From positions 64,001-128,000 of IMG/VR virus record IMGVR_UViG_3300032287_003559: a stretch of DNA of 64,000 bases; one strand, 5' to 3'. Under the pieces are notes generated by a model, which was given only the letters and a program-made list of their open reading frames with translations, made no database searches and was not told the origin of the DNA. The stretch is from a virus. Both the position numbers and the translations under genes were made by a program. This document shows, piece by piece, positions 52,812 through 62,908 of this stretch; the first letter of the stretch is position 1, and the number at the start of each line of letters is the position of its first letter.

Positions 52812-53142
52812 AAGGAACTGCTACACCTTCATTAATCATTCTTTCATTTACCGTGACTGGATCTCCTACAAAATAAAGAGTTCCAAGTATTCTTCCGTAC
52901 TTATCTTCTTTTGTAGTCTCAATAATCCATTCACCTTCTTTTGCGAGTTCTTTTTTTAACCATTCTTTTGCTGCAAGACCTCTTTCTTTTTCTTCTATGT
53001 CCAAAGTTCTTGTTTCTGCGGCATTAATACCTTTAAGGCGAACTCTTTGAGATAAGGTAATTCCAAATCCCAAATCAATATCAACGTCAACTGTATCACC
53101 ATCAATGATTCTTTTGATTTTCTTTATTTTGTATTGATACAT
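52801..53142 (-). CDS. Thermonuclease (SNase-like)
   Basis: IIDGDTVD, VRLKGINAAE, DKYGRILG. Confidence 0.85.
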   Translation of the reverse strand: MYQYKIKKIKRIIDGDTVDVDIDLGFGITLSQRVRLKGINAAETRTLDIEEKERGLAAKEWLKKELAKEGEWIIETTKEDKYGRILGTLYFVGDPVTVNERMINEGVAVPFMV

Positions 53143-53238
53143 TTTCTTGATTTGCAATGAGTAATATTTTATAAATGACCCAAGCGACTCCTATGAGTCC
53201 AATACCCAATAGTATATTTACACTCCAGACTACCTCTT

Positions 53239-53430
53239 TCATTTTCCCTCTTGGCGATGTATCCAAGTTTTAAGTTCATGTAAATATTGTCTAAGCATGT
53301 CTGCTTTTTGCAGATGCCAAGTATCGCCACTCTTAAAGTACTCTTGAGTGTGATTGTCTATTGCTTTAAGGATATTGTGGATGGGAGCATTCCAAGGAGC
53401 TCTTTCATCCGTGTTCCATTCTCTGGGCAT
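53239..53430 (-). CDS. Hypothetical protein
   Basis: MPREWNT...WNAPIH; part of a short minus-strand operon. Confidence 0.6.
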   Translation of the reverse strand: MPREWNTDERAPWNAPIHNILKAIDNHTQEYFKSGDTWHLQKADMLRQYLHELKTWIHRQEGK

Positions 53431-53603
53431 ATATCACTTTTTCTTACCTCCATTCTTTGCCTTTTTCGCAGTCGCATTACCTTGATTCTGCTTTGAAGGT
53501 CCTTTCTTGGACTTCTTGTTGGGCGACTTAGACATTTTAGTTTTTATATTTAAATATTTATGTTAGAATAAATATAGTAAAAGATAAGCAGATAGTATTA
53601 TAA

Positions 53604-55964
53604 GTGGCACTCAAAAAACCGTCAGACCTATTTAATAAAAAAGAATCTTCTGGAGTTTTCGATCGTTTAGAAGTATCTATGGATATTTCAGAAACTTATG
53701 ATCGTTTTCGTGATAACTTAGATAGAGTTAATGTTTTATCTGAAAAAGTAGAAGAACTATCCAACCAACTATCTCAAAAATTGGATAGAGATGATCTTGA
53801 GAATGCAATGCTATCTCAGTTGATGATTCTTGATGAAAATTTTAAATCTTTTCAGAATCAAATTAAGGGATTAAACAAAGAAGATTTAAAAGAGTTTAAA
53901 TCAACAGTTTTAAGTCTTACTGAAATTGTTGAAGAACTTTTTGAAAAAGAACTTCCAAGATACAAAAAACAAGTTACCAATACAGATATTCGTATTGGCG
54001 AAAAGTTTGATGATCTAAAAAAAGAAGTAAAAGAAAATATTATTAGCATTAAAGAAGATGTAGATTCTAAGGTAGAAAATATCGCTGAAGTAATTGATAA
54101 TAATTTAGAATATTTTAACCGACAACTTGAAGAAACATCTTTAGAAGTTAAGGAGAATATTAAAGAAACCAAGGATAGTTATCATAAACTCTATGATCTT
54201 CAGAATAAATTAGAAACATCTGTTGATTTATCTTTAGATGATTATCGTAAAGAACTTTCTGTTGCGAAGGCAGATATTCTAATTAATGATCAGCACATCA
54301 AAAATGTAGATCGATATATTCAAGAATATCATCAAGAACTTATTGAACTTAAAGAAGAAGTTTTTGATGAACTTGAAAAACTTCCAGTTGGAAATATTCA
54401 AGAAAATATTAAAAGACTTGAAAAGAAGATTGACTATATTAAAGAGACATATTCTAGAATTGAACCGGAAGTTATTGTAAAGGAAGTCATTAAGGAAGGA
54501 CTTCTTAATGAACCGCCAGAAACACAAAATACTGATTCATTAACGCCATTAAATAAAAACTTTGTTACCCTAGATCAGCTTCAGGAACACTATAGATTAT
54601 TCATTAATCGTATTCAACAGCAACTCTCTACATTAGGTGGAGGTGGTGAGACTCGTCTTGAATTTTTAGATGATGTTGATAGAAACTCTGTAAATCAAAA
54701 TGGTTATGTTCTTCAATATAATTCTGCTCAAGGAAAGTTCATTGGGACAAGTTATATTTCTGGAAGTGGAATAGGATCCTTTACTCAACTTCAAGTTGCT
54801 GGCGTATCTACCTTTACTGCTGGTCCAGTTTTAATTGGATCTGGTACTTCTACAGGAACGGCAACACAGAGACTTCAAGTTACTGGTGGTGGTTATGTTT
54901 CTGGTAATCTTGGTATTGGGACCACAAATCCAATACAAAAAGTCGAAGTTATTAGTACAGATACTGATATTGTTAGGATTAGAGGAGCAAGTTCTGGAGT
55001 TCGTTTTCAGTCCAATCCTAGTTCAATGGACATTATTTCTCATAATGGAAGTGATACTGGTACTAGGAATTTATTTATTAGACAATACTCTCAATCGGTT
55101 GGAATATTATTAGATACAAATAATAATGTTGGTATTGGGACTACAAATCCATTAGCACTTTTGCAAGTTGGTGCTGGAACATCTGCAGTTGTTGTAACTG
55201 GTATTGGATCTGTTGGTATTGGGACTACAACTCCCGGTGCAATGTTAAATGTGAATGCACCGAGTGCGTTTGTGGGGAACCTGCTGGATTTGCAGGTTAA
55301 TGGGACGAGACAGGTAAGTGCGAATAGCTCAGGCGTGATACGGTTAAAGCAATTACAGGCATCAAGTGCAGTAAGCAATGCTTGCAGCGCCGTAAACCTT
55401 GATTATTTTGGGACCGGAAACGCTGTTGGCGTTGCATTTGGCAGGGAAGACGGAACATACTACGCAGCCCTGGGCCAGTTTAGCTTTGGCGCGCCTACTT
55501 GGGCCTTTTCCAGCACCCTTCTGCTTTCGTGGACGAACGGCACGGCAACTGGGGGCACGGCCGATCTCACCATTACTCGCGACGCCGCCAACACCCTCGC
55601 CCAGCGCAACGGCACTAACGCACAAGTCTTCCGGGTCTATAACACATACACTTCAGCATCACAATACGAAAGAGCATATCTGGGTTGGAACAATAATATA
55701 TTCCAAATAGGTGTTGATACTGCTGGTATTTCTACAGCAAGACAAATGGAATTCCAGACTGATGGAATCACTAGAGTTGCTATTAGTACTATCGGTTCTG
55801 TTGGTATTGGGACTACAACACCAACATCAACACTTCAGGTAATCGGTGACGCTCGCATTGGAATCAATACCTCTCAAGGAATTATTTTAACTTCTCCAAA
55901 TGGAACAAGATATCGTTTAATAGTTGATAATAGTGGAGTTATAAGTACAGTTCTTGCGCCCTAA
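53604..55964 (+). CDS. Coiled-coil plus tail-fibre-like protein
   Basis: N-terminal heptads, LGGGGE hinge, repeated VGIGTT modules. Confidence 0.7.
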   Translation: MALKKPSDLFNKKESSGVFDRLEVSMDISETYDRFRDNLDRVNVLSEKVEELSNQLSQKLDRDDLENAMLSQLMILDENFKSFQNQIKGLNKEDLKEFKSTVLSLTEIVEELFEKELPRYKKQVTNTDIRIGEKFDDLKKEVKENIISIKEDVDSKVENIAEVIDNNLEYFNRQLEETSLEVKENIKETKDSYHKLYDLQNKLETSVDLSLDDYRKELSVAKADILINDQHIKNVDRYIQEYHQELIELKEEVFDELEKLPVGNIQENIKRLEKKIDYIKETYSRIEPEVIVKEVIKEGLLNEPPETQNTDSLTPLNKNFVTLDQLQEHYRLFINRIQQQLSTLGGGGETRLEFLDDVDRNSVNQNGYVLQYNSAQGKFIGTSYISGSGIGSFTQLQVAGVSTFTAGPVLIGSGTSTGTATQRLQVTGGGYVSGNLGIGTTNPIQKVEVISTDTDIVRIRGASSGVRFQSNPSSMDIISHNGSDTGTRNLFIRQYSQSVGILLDTNNNVGIGTTNPLALLQVGAGTSAVVVTGIGSVGIGTTTPGAMLNVNAPSAFVGNLLDLQVNGTRQVSANSSGVIRLKQLQASSAVSNACSAVNLDYFGTGNAVGVAFGREDGTYYAALGQFSFGAPTWAFSSTLLLSWTNGTATGGTADLTITRDAANTLAQRNGTNAQVFRVYNTYTSASQYERAYLGWNNNIFQIGVDTAGISTARQMEFQTDGITRVAISTIGSVGIGTTTPTSTLQVIGDARIGINTSQGIILTSPNGTRYRLIVDNSGVISTVLAP
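55209..55819 (+). repeat. 23-bp direct repeat TCTGTTGGTATTGGGACTACAAC (55209-55231, 55797-55819)
   Basis: Exact copies; partial copies at ~54911 and ~55127. Confidence 0.85.
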
Positions 55965-55969
55965 GGGGG

Positions 55970-56003
55970 TTGACAGATTCGTAAAGGACTGTTACAATAA
56001 ATA
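55970..56003 (+). promoter_or_regulatory. psbA promoter: sigma70 plus late element
   Basis: TTGACA-17 bp-TACAAT running into TAAATA. Confidence 0.75.
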
Positions 56004-56039
56004 CATCAACAAGTTAAGAAATGTAACTGTTCTTAATGT

Positions 56040-56125
56040 TGTCCTCTTCCTAACCGAGACCTATGGGGAGGTTAAACACAGTCTCTCATATCCACACTGG
56101 AGGGTGGTGTGGAGCATACTGATAC
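56040..56125 (+). ncRNA. PhotoRC-II-like psbA leader RNA
   Basis: TAACCGAGACCTATGGG...GTCTCTCATATCC..GGAGGGTG..GGA hairpins in the psbA 5' UTR; family call from memory. Confidence 0.6.
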
Positions 56126-56164
56126 CTGTTCGTCCCCCCGAACTTCTATCTAACACTCTTACAA

Positions 56165-57455
56165 ATGACTGCTTCAATTGCTCAACAACGACAACTTAAT
56201 ACTTGGGACCAGTTCTGTGACTGGGTTACTTCAACGAACAACCGACTTTATGTTGGTTGGTCGGGAACTATTATGATTCCGTGTCTTCTTGCTGCTACTG
56301 CATGTTTTATTCTTGCATTTATCGCAGCACCGCCGACAGACATTGATGGAATTAGGGAACCAGTTGCTGGTTCTCTTATGTGGGGAAACAATATTATCTC
56401 TGGTGCTGTTGTTCCTTCGTCCAATGCGATTGGACTACACTTTTATCCAATCTGGGAAGCACAATCTCTAGATGAATGGGCATATAATGGAGGTGAATAC
56501 CAACTCATTGTTTTCCACTTCCTTATTGGTATTTGGATGTATGCTATGCGAGAGTGGGAACTCTCTTATCGTCTTGGTATGCGTCCATGGATTTTTGTTG
56601 CCTATTCTGCTCCTGCTATTGCTGCAACTGCCGTATTTCTCCTTTATCCAATTGGACAAGGAAGTTTTAGTGATGGTATGCCTCTTGGTATTTCTGGAAC
56701 CTTTAACTTTATGCTTGTATTCCAAGCAGAGCACAACATCTTGATGCACCCATTTCATATGATGGGAGTTGCGGGTGTATTTGGTGGTGCCTTTGCTGGA
56801 GCAATGCACGGTTCTTTGGTTACTTCTTCACTTGTTCGTGAGACGACTGAAACTGAATCTCAAAACTATGGATATAAGTTTGGTCAGGAAGAGGAAACAT
56901 ATAATATTGTTGCTGCACACGGATATTTCGGTCGTTTGATTTTTCAATACGCATCATTTAATAACTCCCGTTCTCTGCACTTCTTTCTTGCTGCACTTCC
57001 AGTAATTGGTATTTGGTTTACTTCTCTTGGTATTGCTACTATGAGTTATAATCTTAACGGATTTAATTTTGTTCAAAGTATTACTGATCACCAGGGACGA
57101 GTAATTAAAACCTGGGCAGATGTGCTAAATGGGGCAAATCTTGGAATAGAAGTAATGCATGAGCGTAGATTTGGGTATTGCGTTCTTTAAATCGGATGAA
57201 TTGCTGGAAACCCCAAGTGGGCAATCAGCAGCCAAGTCCAAAGTACACTTTGGAAAGGTTCAGAGACTACCTGAGGAATAAAGTTTCCTTAATAACAGGC
57301 ACGAGCGTCCGACACCAGAAATGGTGATGATATAGTCCAATCCTGGTAGTAATACCAGAAAACCAAAGGAATAAAAGAATGCCCATAATTTTCCTTTGGA
57401 CCTTGCATCAGTTGAAGCAACTCCTGTTGCCTTGACTGCTCCAACCATCGGGTGA
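56165..57455 (+). CDS. psbA: Photosystem II D1, exons 56165-57166 and 57378-57455 (359 aa)
   Basis: D1 sequence through MHER, resuming at [25 protein letters not shown]. Confidence 0.97.
57167..57377 (+). mobile_element. Group I intron (211 nt, no ORF)
   Basis: Exon ends in U, intron ends in G; P1 GAGCGT/GCGTTC; P10 GGGTATT/AATGCCC; core AATTGCTGGAAA, AATCAGCAG, GTTCAGAGACTA, ATATAGTCC. Confidence 0.95.
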
Positions 57456-57521
57456 TATAATAAAGGGGAACTCTTCGGAGTTCCTTTTTTTATAAATAAT
57501 TATGCACGAAAGAAAACACGA

Positions 57522-57950
57522 ATGACTAAACTATACTCTGAACTTTATAGAACTTGTATGACCTGCGGTAAAGAAAAACTTGCTACGGATTTTTATGTGA
57601 GAAATAAAGTTTCTATGGTTCGCCATTCATCTTGTAAAGAGTGTGATAAAATAAGAGTTAAAAAAAGACATCAAGATAATCCTGAACGCACAAGAAATAA
57701 TGACCTAAAAAGGAATTATGGCATAACTCTCCAAGAACATCAGCAAATGTTTGAGGAACAAAAAGGAGTTTGTGCTATTTGTAAAGGTGAAGGTGATGGT
57801 AAGTGGAAAAAACTTTGTGTAGACCACGACCATAAAACTGGAAAGGTTCGTCAATTACTTTGTAGAAATTGTAATATGGTATTGGGTCAGGTTGGAGATA
57901 ATATAAATCTCTTAGAAGAAATGATTAAATACCTACAGAAACATCAATAA
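57522..57950 (+). CDS. Endonuclease VII-family free-standing homing endonuclease (F-CphI-like)
   Basis: YGIT...CAIC...VDHDHKTGKVRQLLCRNCN; terminator and TATAAATA (57491) upstream. Confidence 0.88.
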   Translation: MTKLYSELYRTCMTCGKEKLATDFYVRNKVSMVRHSSCKECDKIRVKKRHQDNPERTRNNDLKRNYGITLQEHQQMFEEQKGVCAICKGEGDGKWKKLCVDHDHKTGKVRQLLCRNCNMVLGQVGDNINLLEEMIKYLQKHQ

Positions 57951-58225
57951 AATGTTCTTCATCTTAACAGTTTTCATACTTTTCGGTGTCTTTATGTTTA
58001 TAATGTCTCTTACTCAAGATTTATAATATGTCTCATAATAATCAACACGAACCTATGGAACCCTGGGTCTTTTGGGCTGGTATGGGTATTATGATGTTTA
58101 CAGTTATTATTTTTGTTGTATTCACCCTTTCCATGATGTATTGGTGATAATATGTTCGATTCATAACAAAATCTCACACTTAACCAAGAACTCATTATAA
58201 TTAGCAATGAGTTCTTTCTTTTTGT

Positions 58226-58891
58226 ATGAAGATCTTTCTAGATACAGCAGACGTTTCACTTATCAGTTCAGCATACGACACGGGATTACTTGATGGAGTC
58301 ACTACAAATCCCACTCTAATCCTCAAAAGTGGCAGACAACTTCAAGAAGTTATTAATGAGATTGCAAATATATTCCCAGAGTTAGAAAGCATTTCGGCAG
58401 AAGTCGTTGCAGATACTGCAGAGGAAATGCTTACAGAAGCAAAGTATTATTACACAATTTCTCCAAGCGTTACTATCAAAGTTCCTTGTACTGTAGAAGG
58501 ACTGAAGGCATGTAAGTTCCTATCAAAGCAAGGTATTAAAACAAACGTAACCTTGGTGTTCTCAGTCGCACAGGCAATTCTTGCATCAAAAGCAGGAGCA
58601 ACATTCATCTCACCATTCGTAGGTCGTTGGATGGATAACTCAATTGATGGTATTGAGTTGATTAAAAATATTCGTAAGGTATTTGACCGTTCAGGTACAA
58701 CCACACAGATTCTTGCAGCATCTCTTCGTGATGTAAGGCAGGTAGAACAATCTGCTCTTAATGGCGCAGATGTGGTTACAATTCCTCCAGTAGTATTCTG
58801 GGCAATGTATAAGAACATTATGACTGAAAAGGGACTGGAGTTATTCCAAAGGGATTGGGAGGAAGTTCTTAAGTCTAAAGGGGAAAAATGA
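58226..58891 (+). CDS. talC: Transaldolase
   Basis: IFLDTAD, GVTTNPTL, IKVP, SPFVGR, AASLR. Confidence 0.96.
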   Translation: MKIFLDTADVSLISSAYDTGLLDGVTTNPTLILKSGRQLQEVINEIANIFPELESISAEVVADTAEEMLTEAKYYYTISPSVTIKVPCTVEGLKACKFLSKQGIKTNVTLVFSVAQAILASKAGATFISPFVGRWMDNSIDGIELIKNIRKVFDRSGTTTQILAASLRDVRQVEQSALNGADVVTIPPVVFWAMYKNIMTEKGLELFQRDWEEVLKSKGEK

Positions 58892-59388
58892 AAAAGTTTA
58901 ACGATATAGTTTTATCGGTTACGATTGGAATCATAGATTTCCTGTATCGTAATCATCCAATACAAAGATTCTGGGTGCTTGAGACTATTGCACGAGCACC
59001 ATACTTTGCATTTTTAAGTGTTCTTCATTTGAAAGAATCATTAGGATTAAGGGGAGAAGACCACTTATACCTTATGAAAGAACACTTTGCTCAGACAGTA
59101 AATGAAACTGAACATCTGGAGTATATGGAAAGCATCGGTGGTGCTGATCGTTGGGTGGATCGTTTATTCGCTTGGCACTTGGTTCTGGTCTATTACTGGA
59201 TTATGGTTGGTTACTATTTTGTTGATGCTGTGGATGCTTACCATATAAATGCAGGTATTGAACTGCACGCAACTAAAACTTATCTAAATTACCTCTGGGA
59301 ACATCCAGACGATAAAAAGATTGCTAGTATTGCCGCTGATGAAATGAATCACTATATTGAACTCACACGGGCTATGGAATTAGTTTGA
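58888..59388 (+). CDS. Plastoquinol terminal oxidase (PTOX)
   Basis: LETIARAPYF, NETEHL, ELHA, DEMNH. Confidence 0.92.
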   Translation: MKKFNDIVLSVTIGIIDFLYRNHPIQRFWVLETIARAPYFAFLSVLHLKESLGLRGEDHLYLMKEHFAQTVNETEHLEYMESIGGADRWVDRLFAWHLVLVYYWIMVGYYFVDAVDAYHINAGIELHATKTYLNYLWEHPDDKKIASIAADEMNHYIELTRAMELV

Positions 59389-60713
59389 TGAAAAATATAA
59401 TAATCTTTGGTGCAACAGGAGACCTATGCCGTAGGAAACTAATTCCTGCTCTTTATGAGCTGCATAAGAAGAATCTACTTTCAGAAGATTTTGTGATTAC
59501 TGGAGCATCCAGAACACAACACAGTAAGCAGAGTTGGTTACACACGCTTGGTTCTTATCCAGAAGATTTCATTAATCGCTTGGATTATGTTGTTTGTGAT
59601 TTGTCTGATGCAGAAAGTCTAAAGAAACTGAATATGGGAGAAGATGCAACATTCTTTCTCTCAGTTCCTCCAGAACGATATGGTGATGCAGTTCTCAGTT
59701 TGAAATCAACAGGTTTCATTGATGATCCGAAAACTAGTAGGATCATTATTGAAAAGCCTTTTGGATATAATCTACAATCTGCAGAAGAACTGCAAGTAAT
59801 TGTAGAAGAAAATCTTCGTGAAAATCAGGTTTATCGTATTGACCATTATCTTGGAAAGGATACAGTCAATAACATTCTTGCTACAAGGTTCAGTAATATT
59901 CTTCTTGAACCTCTGTGGAATCGTGATTATGTTGAGGAGGTTCAAATCTTTGCAACTGAAACGATTGGTTGTGAAGGACGAGCACAGTATTATGAAACTG
60001 CTGGTGCTGTAAGAGATATGTTACAGAACCATATGCTTCAATTGCTTGCCCTGATTGCGATGGAAGCACCTTGTAAGAATAATGCAAAGGAGATTCGTAG
60101 AGAGAAGGTCAAAGTTCTTTCTGCAGCACGTCTTGGAACTAAACTGGTCTGCGGTCAGTATTCTGGATATAAGAATGAAAGTGGTGTAGACTACAACTCC
60201 CAGACTCCTACATTCGTTGCTGGTGATATTTACATTGATAATTGGAGATGGCAGGGAGTTCCTTTCTACTTTATGACTGGTAAGAAACTACCAGTATCTT
60301 GCGTTGAGGTTGTAATCAAACTTAAAGCACCACCAGTTCGTTTATTTGGCGAACATCAATATAATGATCGTATTGTGATGAGGTTCCAACCAGATCCTCA
60401 TTTTGATATTCAGATCGATATTAAATCTCCTGGACTTGATGATAAGATTGAAACTGCTATCTTGAAACATAATTATCCTGAAGGTGCTATTGATGGATAT
60501 GTAAAACTTTTTTATGATGCGGTCAATCAAGACCAATCACATTTTGTTCATTCAGAAGAAGTGCTAGAATCCTGGAGAATTGTTGATGAACTTCTTTGTG
60601 TTGGGGATTCTTGTCCTATCAACACAAGACCTTATTCTTATTCTGGAACTTGGGGTCCAGAGAAACAAATACAAAAAATTACTAAGTGGGATTATCCACT
60701 AAAACTTGTTTAG
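59388..60713 (+). CDS. zwf: Glucose-6-phosphate dehydrogenase
   Basis: GATGDL, EKPFG, RIDHYLGK, RDMLQNH. Confidence 0.96.
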   Translation: MKNIIIFGATGDLCRRKLIPALYELHKKNLLSEDFVITGASRTQHSKQSWLHTLGSYPEDFINRLDYVVCDLSDAESLKKLNMGEDATFFLSVPPERYGDAVLSLKSTGFIDDPKTSRIIIEKPFGYNLQSAEELQVIVEENLRENQVYRIDHYLGKDTVNNILATRFSNILLEPLWNRDYVEEVQIFATETIGCEGRAQYYETAGAVRDMLQNHMLQLLALIAMEAPCKNNAKEIRREKVKVLSAARLGTKLVCGQYSGYKNESGVDYNSQTPTFVAGDIYIDNWRWQGVPFYFMTGKKLPVSCVEVVIKLKAPPVRLFGEHQYNDRIVMRFQPDPHFDIQIDIKSPGLDDKIETAILKHNYPEGAIDGYVKLFYDAVNQDQSHFVHSEEVLESWRIVDELLCVGDSCPINTRPYSYSGTWGPEKQIQKITKWDYPLKLV

Positions 60714-60722
60714 GAGAAAGTT

Positions 60723-61766
60723 ATGAGAGTAGGATTAATTGGTTTAGGGCGGATGGGAGAAGGAATGTCCCGTCGTATGATGAAAGCAGGTATCGAAGTT
60801 TGGGGATATCGAAGGAATTATGAAAAAGCAAAAGAAGCATTTGAAAACGGATATGTTAACGGTGTTGCAGATTCTATTCAAAGCCTTGTTCAAATAGTTA
60901 AACATAAACAAAGTGGCGTGTCTGATGTATATGGGTCAGGTATCTTTATGATGGTTGTACCAGCAGAAACAGTAGAGGAAACAATCGATGAGTTACTACG
61001 ATTTTGTGGTGAAGGAGATATTATTATTGATCATGGCAATAGCAATTTTAAAGACAGTCGGAAGAGAGCAGAACGTTTGGCAAAGATGGGTATCCAATAT
61101 ATTGATTGCGGTACTAGCGGTGGTGTTTATGGTCTGGATCGTGGATACTGTCTTATGGTTGGCGGTGGAAATACTGCAGTCGCCACTTGTAAAAGCATTT
61201 TTGATGCCCTCTCCCCAGATATTCACTCTGCCCCAAGGACTAACCCCTGCGACAACGTAACCTCTGCAGAGCACGGTTGGTTGCATTGTGGTGGTCCAGG
61301 AGCAGGACATTTTGTGAAGATGGTGCATAATGGTATTGAGTATGGTATTATGCAGGCATATGCTGAAGGGTTCAACATTCTAAAGAGTGCAAACAATGGA
61401 GCACAATACGTCAAAGAAGGAGATGCAGAGGTCGCACCTATGGCAGATCCAGAAAGTTACTGCTATGATATTGATGTTGCTGAAGTGGCTGAGTTATGGC
61501 GTCGCGGTAGCGTTGTTAGTAGCTGGTTACTTGACCTTACTGCTGATGTGTTGCGCAGCAGCCCAGAGCTTAAACAATTCTCTGGTGGAGTATCCGACAG
61601 TGGTGAGGGTCGCTGGACTGTTACTGCCGCTGTGGATCTGGGGGTTCCCGCTCCTGTCATCACCACTGCTCTTTATGAAAGATTTAATTCACGCAATCTG
61701 GGCACTTTCGCTGCCAAGATTCTAAATGGTATGAGATATATGTTTGGGGGACACCACGTTAGATGA
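60723..61766 (+). CDS. gnd: 6-phosphogluconate dehydrogenase (short type)
   Basis: GLGRMG, DHGNS, SGG, VKMVHNGIEYG, DSGEGRW. Confidence 0.96.
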   Translation: MRVGLIGLGRMGEGMSRRMMKAGIEVWGYRRNYEKAKEAFENGYVNGVADSIQSLVQIVKHKQSGVSDVYGSGIFMMVVPAETVEETIDELLRFCGEGDIIIDHGNSNFKDSRKRAERLAKMGIQYIDCGTSGGVYGLDRGYCLMVGGGNTAVATCKSIFDALSPDIHSAPRTNPCDNVTSAEHGWLHCGGPGAGHFVKMVHNGIEYGIMQAYAEGFNILKSANNGAQYVKEGDAEVAPMADPESYCYDIDVAEVAELWRRGSVVSSWLLDLTADVLRSSPELKQFSGGVSDSGEGRWTVTAAVDLGVPAPVITTALYERFNSRNLGTFAAKILNGMRYMFGGHHVR

Positions 61767-61891
61767 TTAGTTCGGAGACATCTTATAAACTGGCTGAGAT
61801 CATTCGTGATACTTGGCCAGGTCTTTACAGGAACTCAAAAGTATCGTATAATAAAACACCTTCCATAAATAATTTTCAAAACTTAAATCAT

Positions 61892-62131
61892 ATGAAATTC
61901 ACAGTATATTCGAAAGATGGTTGCCCCTATTGCAGTAAAATCGAACAGGTGCTACAGTTATCCAATCTTGAGCATGTAGTGTATAAGCTTGGAACTGATT
62001 TTAATCGAGATCAATTTTATGCTGAATTTGGAGAAGGATCTACATTTCCACAAGTGATTTTAAATGATCAAGAACATATTGGTGGTTGTACTGATACTGT
62101 TCAATATTTAAAGGAGCAAAATCTGGTTTAA
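61892..62131 (+). CDS. nrdC: Glutaredoxin
   Basis: CPYC, TFPQV, IGGC; likely start MKFTVYSK. Confidence 0.9.
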   Translation: MKFTVYSKDGCPYCSKIEQVLQLSNLEHVVYKLGTDFNRDQFYAEFGEGSTFPQVILNDQEHIGGCTDTVQYLKEQNLV

Positions 62132-62490
62132 TGGAAAACACTTTTCACGAAGTTTATTTTGATGTAGAAAAGGCAATTGATCTTGCCTTTAATGGACAAT
62201 TTGTTTTAAAATTTTATGATTATTTAAAAATTCGCAAAACACTTAGGCGTGAAGTAGAGGAATTTATTGAAAGTTCTACTGCATCTAATATAAGTAACGT
62301 TGTTATGGATTTGGATGAATATCTTGAAGGTGGATCAGATAATGCTCATAAACAACTTCGTGAAGGTTATGGTCATATTTCAAAACCTCAAGCAAGAAAA
62401 ATAAGAAACTATCTTTATAGTATTCTTGAAGATGCCTGGAGATACAGCGATGACAAAAGACCAGGAAGGAGAAAAAAGAAAACTAAATAA
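62131..62490 (+). CDS. Conserved cyanophage hypothetical protein
   Basis: QLREGYGHISKPQARKI. Confidence 0.75.
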   Translation: MENTFHEVYFDVEKAIDLAFNGQFVLKFYDYLKIRKTLRREVEEFIESSTASNISNVVMDLDEYLEGGSDNAHKQLREGYGHISKPQARKIRNYLYSILEDAWRYSDDKRPGRRKKKTK

Positions 62491-62674
62491 CTCAGAGCCT
62501 CAGATTAATCGAGGTGTTGAATTATTATTACGGAATAGGAGGAAGAGAGCATCAGAACCAAAAACTTTTCAAATGAAGTTTGGTAAAATGATCTCTCTAT
62601 TCCGTAGAGAGTTTCATTTCTTTATAGAATTTCATTTTGATATTAAGAAAAAATAAACTCTCTGGAGAGAACAA

Positions 62675-62908
62675 ATGGGAACAGCATATGTAATAACATT
62701 CATAGTAATGTTCACTTTGCTTTTTTTTATGGTTGGAGGTATAATTGGCTGGTTAGTTTATAGACATCTGTTAGAAAATAAACCTCCTTATTTACATCCA
62801 GAGTTTTTTGATGAGAATGGTCAGATAATACCTGACGAAATAGTATCTGTAAGATTTGAAAATAGCGATTACGATTATGAGTACGACGAAGACGAGGAAG
62901 AAGACTGA
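62675..62908 (+). CDS. Membrane-anchored hypothetical protein
   Basis: TM helix plus HPEFFDENG. Confidence 0.7.
   Translation: MGTAYVITFIVMFTLLFFMVGGIIGWLVYRHLLENKPPYLHPEFFDENGQIIPDEIVSVRFENSDYDYEYDEDEEED

Noticed and set aside
56165-57190. Truncated or pseudogene psbA as shown in the ORF track
   Set aside because: Explained by a group I intron; exon 2 restores the C-terminus.
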